Below, in pieces: positions 8,703 through 17,373 of a DNA stretch of 64,000 nt (position 1 is the stretch's first letter; the number at the start of each line of letters is the position of its first letter). The stretch is taken from NCBI GenBank assembly GCA_016781135.1, contig JADDQY010000078.1:79834-143833 (forward strand). The letters are read 5' to 3'. The stretch comes from Actinomycetota bacterium. GTDB taxonomy: Bacteria; Actinomycetota; Acidimicrobiia; Acidimicrobiales; CADCSY01. The notes beneath the pieces were generated by a model. The model was not told the DNA's origin, did not search any database, and saw only the letters and a list, made by a program, of their open reading frames with translations. The position numbers and the translations under genes were made by a program.

Positions 8703-9733
8703 CCCGTTGCCCCTGTCGAGAGGAAGTCGGCGTAGTAGATCCCCACGGCCAGGGCGACGCTCATGCCCGCCAGGATCCAGAAGCGCACGATCACCGTCGT
8801 CTCCGGCCATCCCAGCAGCTCGAAGTGGTGGTGCACCGGCGCCATGCGCAGGACCCGGCGCCGGAAGAACCGGAAGGACGCCACCTGGACGATCACCGAG
8901 AGCGTCTCGGCGACGTAGAGCCCACCGATCACCGGGAGCAGGAGCTGGGTGTTGGTGGTGAGCGCCAGCGCGGCCAGACCGGCGCCGATGGCCAGCGAAC
9001 CGGTGTCGCCCATGAAGATCCGGGCCGGGGCGGCGTTCCACCACAAGAACCCGGCGCAGGCCCCCATCATCGCCGCTGCCACCAGGGCGAGGTCGAGTGA
9101 CTGGGGGTAGCGGTAGATGTCCTGGTGGCGGAAGGCCCAGAAGGCGATCACGACGAACGCGGAGAACGACAGGGTGGAGGAGCCCGCCGCCAGTCCGTCG
9201 AGCCCGTCGGTGAGGTTCACCGCGTTGGTCGTCCCGAGGATGAGCAGGACGGCCCACGCCGACCACAGCACCGGTCCGAGGTCGATGCCGGTCGTACCGA
9301 CCCGGGTGAAGGAGAGCTCGGTGGACACGGCGGCGAGGCGGGTGCACGAGAAGGCGAAGAGCACGGCCACCGTCAGCAACCCGGCGATCTTCGTCCGCTT
9401 GTTCAAGCCCAGGCTGCGGGCGTGCTTGACCTTGATCCAGTCGTCGAGCAGGCCGACGAAGCCGGCGCCGCAGATCACCGCGACCGTGAGGATGCCGGCC
9501 CAGGTGAAGATGGCCCCGTTCTGGAGGTGGGCGCCGAGGTACCCGAGGAGGGCACCGGCGACGATCATGATGCCGCCCATGGTCGGTGTGCCCGTCTTGG
9601 TGATGTGGCCCTGCGGGCCGTCCTCGCGTATGGGCTGGCCGATGCCCTTGGCCCGCAGCCAGCGCATCAGCACCGGCGTTCCGACGAGGGCGACGCCGAA
9701 GGCCACAGCAGCGGCGAGCAGAAGGGGGATCAC
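8699..9733 (-). CDS. mraY: Phospho-MurNAc-pentapeptide transferase
   Basis: IREDGPQGH, KTGTPTMGG, GLLDDW, NAVNLTDGLDGLA, FMGDTGS, APVHHHFE; multi-TM. Confidence 0.98.
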   Translation of the reverse strand: MIPLLLAAAVAFGVALVGTPVLMRWLRAKGIGQPIREDGPQGHITKTGTPTMGGIMIVAGALLGYLGAHLQNGAIFTWAGILTVAVICGAGFVGLLDDWIKVKHARSLGLNKRTKIAGLLTVAVLFAFSCTRLAAVSTELSFTRVGTTGIDLGPVLWSAWAVLLILGTTNAVNLTDGLDGLAAGSSTLSFSAFVVIAFWAFRHQDIYRYPQSLDLALVAAAMMGACAGFLWWNAAPARIFMGDTGSLAIGAGLAALALTTNTQLLLPVIGGLYVAETLSVIVQVASFRFFRRRVLRMAPVHHHFELLGWPETTVIVRFWILAGMSVALAVGIYYADFLSTGATG

Positions 9734-11175
9734 CGAGCCGGGGCCGCCGAGAACCCGAGCCTGGCGAGCTCCTCCCGGGCGACCGCCCGGTCGTCGAAGT
9801 CGATCGTGCGCCCACCCGTCACCTGGGTGGTCTCGTGGCCCTTTCCGGCCACCACGACGACGTCGCCGGCGCGAGCTCCCTCCAGCGCCGACCTGATGGC
9901 CAGCCGCCGGTTGGGCTCGATCCGCACCTCGCCGGGGCCCGATGCTCCGCTGATCACCTGCTCGATGATGGCACGCGGCTCCTCCGACCTCGGGTTGTCG
10001 GAGGTCACGATGGCGAGGTCGGCCAGGTTGGCGGCCACCCGTCCCATCAGCGGGCGCTTCTCCCGGTCACGGTCGCCGCCGCACCCGAAGACCACCACCA
10101 CCCGCCCGTCGCTGCCGATTGCCCGATCGGTGCCGGTGTGGGCGGCGACCAGCAGTTGCTCGAGGGCATGGGGGGTGTGGGCGTAGTCGACCACCACGGC
10201 GAACGGTTGCCCGCCGTCGATGCGCTCGTAGCGGCCGGGGACGGGAGGAGCTTCAGCCAGGCCCTGGGCCACCACGTCGAGGTCGACCCCCAGCTCCACG
10301 GCGACGGTGGCCGCGGCCAGGGCATTGGAGAGGTTGGCGGCGCCGCCGAGGGGCACCCGCAGGCGCCGCCCCCGCCAGGTGCCGGTGGACTCGCCCAGTC
10401 CGAGCTCGAGGTCGGCGACGTCGGCCAGCGAGTAGGCCCGGGTCGGCACCCGGGCGGTCTCGAGCAGCAAGCGCCCGTGGCGGTCGTCGACGTTGACCAC
10501 CGCCGCCGCCGTGCGCTGCGGATCGAACAGCCGCGCCTTGACCGCGAAGTAGTCCTCCATCGTCTCGTGGAAATCGAGGTGCTCCCGGGTGAGGTTGGTG
10601 AACACGGCCATCGAGAACCACGTCGCCTCCACCCGAGCGAGGGCCAAGGCGTGGGACGACACCTCCATGGCCACACCCCACGCACGAGCCTGCGCCAGCT
10701 CCGCCAGGGTGGCCTGCAGCTCGGTCGCCTCCGGCGTCGTGCGTGGTCCCCCAAGGGTGCCGATCATCCCCGTCGAGCGCCCTGCTGCCTCGAGCACCGC
10801 CCTCAGCAGCCACACCGTGGTGGTCTTGCCGTTGGTGCCGGTCACCCCGACGACGTGGAGCCGGCGGGACGGGTGGCCCCAGAAGGCGGCGGCGGCGCGG
10901 GCCATCTGCACTCGGGCGTCGGCGACCACCACCTGGGGGACGTGAAGGCCGAGGGGCCGTTCGCAGATCAGGGCGACCGCCCCCCGAGCCACCGCTTCCG
11001 GAGCGTGGCGGTGGCCGTCGGTGCGGGCGCCGGGCAGGCAGCAGAACAGCGCTCCGGCCTCGACCCGGCCAGAGTCGTGGGTGACCGAGGCCACCTCGAC
11101 GCCGCCGACGTCGCCGACGACGGCCTCGGCATCGAGCGCGGCGACGAGGAGATCGAGGCGCACGGTGGCCGTCAC
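9730..11175 (-). CDS. murE: UDP-MurNAc-dipeptide--meso-diaminopimelate ligase
   Basis: VTGTNGKTTT, TTPEA, MEVSSHAL, DYAHTP, FGCGGDRD; DNPR motif typical of DAP-adding MurE. Confidence 0.96.
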   Translation of the reverse strand: MTATVRLDLLVAALDAEAVVGDVGGVEVASVTHDSGRVEAGALFCCLPGARTDGHRHAPEAVARGAVALICERPLGLHVPQVVVADARVQMARAAAAFWGHPSRRLHVVGVTGTNGKTTTVWLLRAVLEAAGRSTGMIGTLGGPRTTPEATELQATLAELAQARAWGVAMEVSSHALALARVEATWFSMAVFTNLTREHLDFHETMEDYFAVKARLFDPQRTAAAVVNVDDRHGRLLLETARVPTRAYSLADVADLELGLGESTGTWRGRRLRVPLGGAANLSNALAAATVAVELGVDLDVVAQGLAEAPPVPGRYERIDGGQPFAVVVDYAHTPHALEQLLVAAHTGTDRAIGSDGRVVVVFGCGGDRDREKRPLMGRVAANLADLAIVTSDNPRSEEPRAIIEQVISGASGPGEVRIEPNRRLAIRSALEGARAGDVVVVAGKGHETTQVTGGRTIDFDDRAVAREELARLGFSAAPAR

Positions 11176-11287
11176 CCCCCGCTGCCCACACTCCCCGCCC
11201 CTTCGTGGGCACCCGTGGACCCAGCGGGGCCGACGGTGCCCACGAGGGTGGCAGGAGGCGGAAGCCAACGAGCTCGGGGCAACCCGG

Positions 11288-13294
11288 TCAGTCCCGGATG
11301 GCGGCGTCGGCCGGAGGCACCGGTGCGGGCACATGGGCCGGCGCCGGGATCCGCAACAGGCGCAGGCCGTACTCGGCGATCTCGGCGAACACGGGCGCGG
11401 CGACGACGCCGCCATAGTAGGGGTGGGGCTCGTCCAGCACCACGATGATCGACAGCTTGGGGTCCTCGACGGGAACGAAGCCGGCGAAGACCCCCATGTA
11501 CGCCCCGGATTCGTAACCGCGCACCTCGGTGGACGGTTTGCGGGCCGTCCCCGTCTTGCCCGCCACCCGGTACCCCTCGACCTGCGCCCTGGTCCCGGTG
11601 CCGTCGGCCACGGCGCGAGCCAGCATGTCCTTCATGGCGCTCGCCGTCTCCGCCGAGATCACCCGCTCCGCCTCGCCGGCGGCCATCGGATGCTCGGTGC
11701 CGTCGGCGTCGATGGTGGAGCGCACCAGCCGAGGAGCGACGTGTACACCTCCGTTGGCAACGGTGTTGAAGGCGCCGAGCATCTGCACGGCGTTCACGGC
11801 CACGCCCTGGCCGATGGCGATGGAACCGATGGAGGTGCTGGCCCAGTCGTCGTAGTCGGGGACCAGGCCGGCCGTCTCCCCCGGGAAGTCGAGCCCGGTC
11901 TGGCGCCCGAACCCGAAGCGCCGCAGGTACTCGTCCACCCGCTCTCCGCCCAGGCGCTGGGCCAGTTTGATCGTGCCCACGTTCGACGACTGGGCGAGCA
12001 CCTCGGCGACCGACATCGTCTCGGTGGGGTGGGGCGAGCTGTCGGAGAAGCGCTTCGACGCCACCTGCAGCGAGTCGGCCACGGTGAGGGTGTCGTGGGG
12101 ACCGGCCACCCCCTCCTCCAGCACGCCCGAGAGGGTGACGACCTTGTTCGTGGAGCCCGGCTCGAACACCGAAGTCAGCGCCGCGTTGTCGGCCGTCGGC
12201 TTCGGCGCCTCGTCCCCGTCGCCACCGCTGACGCTCGCCATGGCCAGGACCTCGCCGGTGTGGGGAGCCATGACGACGGCCGTCCCCCCGTCGGCTCGGG
12301 TCTCGGTGACCTGGGCGGCGAGGGCCTGCTCGACCTCGTACTGCAGGGAGCGGTCGATGGTGAGCACGAGATCCTCACCCCGGGTGGCGGCTTTGAGCCG
12401 CTGCTCGCCGGCAACGATCGTGCGCCCGTCGGTGCCCTTCTCCACGAGCAACTTCCCGGTCTCGCCTGACAGGCGATCGTCGTACTGCCGCTCGAGCCCG
12501 GACAGACCACGGCTGTCGATGTCGACTTCCCCGAGCACCGACAGGGCGAGGTCGCCGGCAGGACGGAACCGCCGGGGCTCGTCGAGCAGCTCGACGCCGT
12601 CGAGGTCGAGGGCGGCCACCGCGGCCGCCGTCTCGCCGTCGACCTGGCGGGCCAGGTACACGAAGCGCGATCCCTTCGCGGACAGCCGCTCGCGCAGCTC
12701 GCCCGCCTCCACGTCCAGCACCGCCGCCAGCTCGGTGGCGGCGGCGGCGGGGTCGACGACGAGCAGGGGATCTGCCCACACGCTGTGGTGGCGGACGGCC
12801 AGCGCCAGCTCCTGGCCGTTGCGGTCGAAGATCGACCCGCGCAGCGCAGGCAGCTCCACGGTGCGCAGGCGCTGTGCCACCCCGCGCTCCACGTAGGCGT
12901 CGGGGGCCACCAGCTGGAGGTGGACCAGGCGTACGGCGACGCCGGTGAAGGCGAGGACGGCGCCCAGCATCAGCGCCGCGCAGCGGCGAGCGGGGTGGCC
13001 GGGACGCCGGACGCGAGACCCCCGAGGTCGCCGCCGGCGAGGCGGAGCGACGGCGACCTGCGGCTCGGCGCCACGGCTCCGAGGCTGCGCCCGGTGCCGG
13101 GGCAGGGTCCGCCCGCCGGCGGCGGCCACGGCCGGGCGGGGGGCGGGCCGGCCGTGGGCGACCCGAGGCGGAGGAGCGGAGCGACCACGCCGGGGTGGCC
13201 GGTGGGGTGGCGGTGACCCCGGTCGGGTGGTGACCGAACCTCGCCGGCGTGCCGGCGCAGTCGCCCCCCGGCGCGTCCGCGAGGTGGCGCTCAT
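11288..13294 (-). CDS. ftsI: Class B penicillin-binding protein FtsI/PbpB
   Basis: TM helix, RGSIFDRNG, FEPGSTNK (SxxK), SSN (SxN), GKTGTA (KTG). Confidence 0.95.
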   Translation of the reverse strand: MSATSRTRRGATAPARRRGSVTTRPGSPPPHRPPRRGRSAPPPRVAHGRPAPRPAVAAAGGRTLPRHRAQPRSRGAEPQVAVAPPRRRRPRGSRVRRPGHPARRCAALMLGAVLAFTGVAVRLVHLQLVAPDAYVERGVAQRLRTVELPALRGSIFDRNGQELALAVRHHSVWADPLLVVDPAAAATELAAVLDVEAGELRERLSAKGSRFVYLARQVDGETAAAVAALDLDGVELLDEPRRFRPAGDLALSVLGEVDIDSRGLSGLERQYDDRLSGETGKLLVEKGTDGRTIVAGEQRLKAATRGEDLVLTIDRSLQYEVEQALAAQVTETRADGGTAVVMAPHTGEVLAMASVSGGDGDEAPKPTADNAALTSVFEPGSTNKVVTLSGVLEEGVAGPHDTLTVADSLQVASKRFSDSSPHPTETMSVAEVLAQSSNVGTIKLAQRLGGERVDEYLRRFGFGRQTGLDFPGETAGLVPDYDDWASTSIGSIAIGQGVAVNAVQMLGAFNTVANGGVHVAPRLVRSTIDADGTEHPMAAGEAERVISAETASAMKDMLARAVADGTGTRAQVEGYRVAGKTGTARKPSTEVRGYESGAYMGVFAGFVPVEDPKLSIIVVLDEPHPYYGGVVAAPVFAEIAEYGLRLLRIPAPAHVPAPVPPADAAIRD

Positions 13295-13827
13295 GCTCCT
13301 CGCCCCAGGTAGGGCTTGACCGCACCCCACGAGGGCGCCGCTCCTTCGGGGGCTGGCGGCGCCTGGGGGTCGTCGAGGTCGGATGCCGGGGCCGGGAGCG
13401 GGCGAGCCGCAGGCCGCAGATAGGTGACCTCGTCGGGCCGGACCAACCCGAGATCGTCCTGGGCCACCGAGACGATGCGGTCGGGGGCCTCGAGGGTGGC
13501 CACCTGGAGCCGCAGCGCCTGATGGCGGGCCTGAGCCTCGTCGACTCGCTGCTGCAGCTCGTCGATGCGGACCTGGTTGGTCACCAAGAAGGCGTGGGAG
13601 CCGGCCAGCGCCATGAACACCAGCCCGGCCATCACCGCCGCCGCCACCGCCAGCCGTCGGGCTCGACGCTGCCGGGCGGCCCTCTGCAGGCGGGCGTCGT
13701 CGACCAGCCGGAGCCGGGGGCGAGGAGCGCGACGGGTGTCGGGTGCACCAACGCCGCGAGGGCGTTCACGTGACTCCGGTGCCGGTGCCGGTGCCGGCAC
13801 GGCCCGGACGCGCAGCGGCGCACTCAT
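13291..13827 (-). CDS. ftsL: Cell division protein FtsL
   Basis: Basic N-terminus, one TM helix, coiled coil ending LEAPDRI; lies between rsmH and ftsI with ATGA overlaps at both ends. Confidence 0.85.
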   Translation of the reverse strand: MSAPLRVRAVPAPAPAPESRERPRGVGAPDTRRAPRPRLRLVDDARLQRAARQRRARRLAVAAAVMAGLVFMALAGSHAFLVTNQVRIDELQQRVDEAQARHQALRLQVATLEAPDRIVSVAQDDLGLVRPDEVTYLRPAARPLPAPASDLDDPQAPPAPEGAAPSWGAVKPYLGRGA

Positions 13828-14789
13828 CCGTCCACCCCTCCCACCACCGGCTCGGGCAGCTTCTCGACCGCCCGCAACCGGGCGCTGGCGGCACGAGGAT
13901 TGGCCGACACCTCCTCGGCCGACGGCTTGGCGGCGCCGGCCCGCAGGAGGCGCACGACGGGCACCGCCCCGCAGCCGCACGGCAAGCCGGACGGACAGGT
14001 GCAGCCGCCGGTGGCCGCCCGACGGAAGTGGGACTTCACGACGCGGTCCTCACCGGAGTGGTAGGCGAGCACCGCGCATCGCCCACCAGGGGCGAGGAGG
14101 TCGATGGCCTGGTCGAGGGCGGTGGGAAGGACCTCGAGCTCGGCGTTCACGGCGATGCGCAGCGCCTGGAAGGTGCGAGTGGCGGGGTGGCGGCCCCGCC
14201 GGCGCGCCGGTGCGGGGATGGCCGCTCTCACCACCTCCGCCAGCTCGGTGGTCGTGGTGATGGGGCGGGCGGCGACGATCCCCCGAGCCACGCGTGTGGC
14301 GTAGCGCTCGTCACCCAGGCACCGCAGGAGGTCGGCGAGCTCGCCCTCGGGCGCCTCGTTGACCAGGCTGGCGGCGTCGGGACCCGGGCCGGAGGGGTCC
14401 ATGCGCATGTCGAGCGGCCCCTGCCGCCGGTGGCTGAAGCCCCGCTCGGGTCGGTCGAGCTGTGGTGAGCTCACGCCCAGGTCGAACAGCACGCCACTGG
14501 CTGCGGTGTGGCCGAGGTCGGACATCACGGTGGCGAGACGATCGAAGCGGGCGTGGACGACCTGCGCCCGAGGGCCGAACCTCGACAGCCGTGCGGCGGC
14601 TGCGGCCACGGCGTCGGGGTCCCGGTCGAGACCCACCACCGAGAGATGGGGGCAGGCTCCGAGCAGGGCTTCGGCGTGGCCGCCGCCGCCGACGGTGGCA
14701 TCGACCACGATCCCCGGGGGAACGGGACCGAACAGGTCGACGACGTCGTTGAGCAGCACCGGCAGGTGATGGAACGTGGCCTCGCTCAT
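13824..14789 (-). CDS. rsmH: 16S rRNA m4C1402 methyltransferase RsmH (MraW)
   Basis: HLPVLL, DATVGGGGHA, DLGVSSPQLD, GPLDMRMD, HPATRTFQALRIAVN, YHSGEDR, NPRAASARLR. Confidence 0.97.
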   Translation of the reverse strand: MSEATFHHLPVLLNDVVDLFGPVPPGIVVDATVGGGGHAEALLGACPHLSVVGLDRDPDAVAAAAARLSRFGPRAQVVHARFDRLATVMSDLGHTAASGVLFDLGVSSPQLDRPERGFSHRRQGPLDMRMDPSGPGPDAASLVNEAPEGELADLLRCLGDERYATRVARGIVAARPITTTTELAEVVRAAIPAPARRRGRHPATRTFQALRIAVNAELEVLPTALDQAIDLLAPGGRCAVLAYHSGEDRVVKSHFRRAATGGCTCPSGLPCGCGAVPVVRLLRAGAAKPSAEEVSANPRAASARLRAVEKLPEPVVGGVDG

Positions 14790-14825
14790 CAGCAGCCCCC
14801 CGATCGATGACGTTCGTCGGGATGT

Positions 14826-14888
14826 CTCCCCGATCGAGCTGGATGGCAGCGGGCGGAGTAGGGGCTGTCCATCTCACCGATCGGAGGG
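14826..14888 (-). ncRNA. Long hairpin in the rsmH 5' region; candidate mraW RNA motif homologue
   Basis: Nested stems CCGATCG/CGATCGG, GATGG/CCATC and CAGC/GCTG close a pyrimidine-rich loop (CCCUACUCCGCCC on the minus strand). Position matches the actinobacterial mraW motif. Confidence 0.5.
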
Positions 14889-14998
14889 CTGCAGATGAGC
14901 GACGCCGCCGTTGGCATGGTCGCCCGTGGTCACTTGGTCTCGACGTTCCCCTCTCTCTCGTGTGCGGGTCGAAGCTGTTGCCCGGCGGCGACCGGTCT

Positions 14999-15433
14999 TC
15001 AGATGGTCATGCCGGCGAGGCCGGCATCCGCATCGCGGAGCATGCGCTCCCCTTCCTGGTTGACGGCACGCCACCGGGCGGCGTCCCAGATCTCGATGCG
15101 GTTGATGGATCCGTTCACCATGACGTCGCGGGTCAGGCCGGCGAACTCCTGCAGGTTGGGAGGCACGGCGATCCGGCCCTGACGGTCCGGCGCGATCGGC
15201 CTCGAGCCAGCCGCGAAGGAGCGGGCGACGTGTCGTTCCGTCTGACCCCCCCGCCTGGCGTTCTCCTGCATGGTCGCCGCCACCTTGTCGAACTCCTCCG
15301 TGGTGTAGATGGCCAGGCACCCGTCGAGCACCTTGGTGATGAAGCCGTTGTCGCCGAGCAGGTTGCGGAACTCGGCGGGAAGGATCACCCGCCCCTTGTC
15401 GTCCAGGGAGCGCTCGTACTCCCCGTAGAACAC
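14999..15433 (-). CDS. mraZ: Division/cell-wall cluster transcriptional regulator MraZ
   Basis: MFYGEYERSLDDKGRVILPA, second DRQGRI repeat, RIEIWD. Confidence 0.97.
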   Translation of the reverse strand: MFYGEYERSLDDKGRVILPAEFRNLLGDNGFITKVLDGCLAIYTTEEFDKVAATMQENARRGGQTERHVARSFAAGSRPIAPDRQGRIAVPPNLQEFAGLTRDVMVNGSINRIEIWDAARWRAVNQEGERMLRDADAGLAGMTI

Positions 15434-15500
15434 CGGCGCAGCCTTTCGGTCGTCTCTCGTGGTGGGTGCTCACCGCCCGAGCAGGCACTGCGGTGACAGG

Positions 15501-15560
15501 AACGTACCCTACGCCTCCACTTTCCACCCGTCAATCCCACATCACTCCCTAACTCGCCAC
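15501..15560 (-). promoter_or_regulatory. dcw promoter (TTGACG-N17-TAGGGT) overlapped by 10-bp-period MraZ-type GTGG/NGGG repeats
   Basis: Minus strand reads gtggcgagtt agggagtgat gtgggattga cgggtggaaa gtggaggcgt agggtacgtt; -35 at 15534-15529, -10 at 15511-15506. Confidence 0.8.
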
Positions 15561-16255
15561 ACCTCTGCATCGGGGAGGGCGGCCACCAGGGCATCGAGGA
15601 CCTGGTGGCGGGGGCGGTCGACACCGCTCGCCACCGCACCGAGCTGGGCTATCGCCTCGGCCTTGGTGCCCGAGTCGAGGCGCAGCAGGTCGATGATTGT
15701 GGCCGGGTCCCAGCGCGGCAGCACGATGCACTGGAACCGCGTTCCGCCACGGGTGCGACGCTGGGCGATGCCCACCACCTTGCGACCCCCGGCGGTCACC
15801 TCGCCCGGTCCGAGCCCGGCGAAGCACACCATCGACGACCAGCGGCTGGGCACGAGCCCCCCGGTGTGGACGGTGGCGGCAACGCCCAGCGCGGCCAGGG
15901 CGCGGGCCCACGTCGCCCCCAGCCAGTGGGTGGCCCGGCCCACGTCGTCGTCCCAGAGCGGGTCACCCCGGGGCACCACCGCGTCGAGCCACAGGGCCTG
16001 ACCGGGCACGAGCAGCACCGCCCCTCCTCCGCTGCGCCGGCGCACCAGCTCGATGCCCGCGGCCGACAGGGCCTCGCCGTCGGCGTGGTGCTCGGGCTGG
16101 GTGCTTCCGAGCACGAGGGCGGGGTGGTCGACCTCGAGCACCGAGATCGTCCGGGTGGCCGGGTCGGGCAGGTCCCTGGAGTGGAGGGCGCCGGCCGAGC
16201 CTTCGAGGTGCTCCAGCGCCCATCGGAGCCGGTCCCCGCCTGCCCGTCCGTCCAC
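15542..16255 (-). CDS. Lipoate-protein ligase A family protein (catalytic domain only)
   Basis: PALVLGSTQ, LVRRRSGGGAVL, KVVGIAQRR. Start uncertain: GTG 16255, or ATG 16279, which overlaps the selD start. Confidence 0.8.
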   Translation of the reverse strand: MDGRAGGDRLRWALEHLEGSAGALHSRDLPDPATRTISVLEVDHPALVLGSTQPEHHADGEALSAAGIELVRRRSGGGAVLLVPGQALWLDAVVPRGDPLWDDDVGRATHWLGATWARALAALGVAATVHTGGLVPSRWSSMVCFAGLGPGEVTAGGRKVVGIAQRRTRGGTRFQCIVLPRWDPATIIDLLRLDSGTKAEAIAQLGAVASGVDRPRHQVLDALVAALPDAEVWRVRE

Positions 16256-16277
16256 CGCCTCAGTAGAGTCGAGGGGC

Positions 16278-17345
16278 ATGGCGTCTGGAACCTCCTCCCC
16301 CCGCCTGACCCAGTTCAGCCACGGCGCTGGCTGAGCGTGCAAGCTCGCCCCCGGCGAGCTGGCGCAGGTGCTGCGCCGCCTCACTCCCGTCACCCACCCC
16401 GATCTCCTGGTGGGAGCCACCACCGGCGACGACGCCGCCGTGTGGCGCCTCGACGACCACCGGGCGCTGGTGGTGACCGCCGATTTCATCACCCCCGTCG
16501 TCGACGACGCCCGTAGCTGGGGCCGCATCGCCGCCACCAACGCCGTCTCCGACGTCTACGCCATGGGCGGGCGGCCGCTGCTCGCGTTGAACCTGGTCGG
16601 GTGGAACGTCGACGAGCTCTCGACCGAGCTGCTGTCGGAGGTGCTCGCCGGGGCCGCCGAGGTGGGGGCCGACTGTGGGTTCGTCACCGTCGGGGGCCAC
16701 ACCGTCGACGACCCGGAGCCCAAGTTCGGCCTGGCGGTCGTGGGTGAGGTCCACCCGGAGCGCATCCTCACCAACGCCGGTCTGCGGCCCGGCGACGCGC
16801 TGGTGCTGACCAAGCCGCTCGGCGTCGGCATCATCGCCACCGCTGTCAAGCGCGACCTTGCCCATCCCCAGGTGGCCGAGGCGGCGGTGGCCTCGATGAC
16901 CCGGAGCAACGCCGCCGCCTGCGCCGCGGCGTTGGTGGCCGGCGCCACCGGCGCCACCGACGTCACCGGCTTCGGCCTGCTCGGTCATCTGGCCCGCATG
17001 GCGAAGGAGTCGGCGGTCGACGTCAACCTCGACCCCGACGCCGTACCGGTGCTGCCCGGGGCCCAGGCCCTGGCCGAGGGCGGGTGCATCCCCGGGGGCA
17101 GCACCCGCAACCTCGACTGGGTGGGCGAGCGCCTCGACGCCGGCGACGTCGACGAGGTGACGGTGGTCATCCTCGCCGACGCCCAGACCTCCGGCGGTTT
17201 GCTCTTCGGCGCCGAGCCCGACGCGGCCGCGGTGGCCGCGGCCGAGCTGAGGGCCAGCGGCCACGACGCCGCCGTGGTGGGCCGGGCCGGCGCCGGCACC
17301 GGCCACATCCGGCTGCGCCCTGGTTCCGCCTCCGTCTCCGGCTGA
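16278..17345 (+). CDS. selD: Selenide,water dikinase SelD, selenocysteine-containing (UGA at 16332-16334)
   Basis: MASGTSSPRLTQFSHGAG-UGA-ACKLAP continues in frame into DDAAV, TADFITPVVDD, NAVSDVYAMGG, GGHTVDD, TDVTGFGLLGH, DAQTSGGLL. Confidence 0.93.
16342..16377 (+). promoter_or_regulatory. Candidate bacterial SECIS element downstream of the selD UGA
   Basis: Hairpins AGCTCGCC-ccc-GGCGAGCT (16342-16360) and GGCGCAG-gtg-CTGCGCC (16361-16377). The second resembles the GCAGGUCUGC apical stem-loop of the E. coli fdhF SECIS, with its loop about 33 nt from the UGA. Confidence 0.65.
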
Positions 17346-17373
17346 CGGTCCTGTTCGCAGCAACGCGTGGGCG

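Noticed and set aside
16278-16367. selD as a frameshifted or nonsense pseudogene
   Set aside because: The single UGA falls exactly at the Cys/Sec catalytic position, the frame is intact on both sides, and a SECIS-like hairpin follows.
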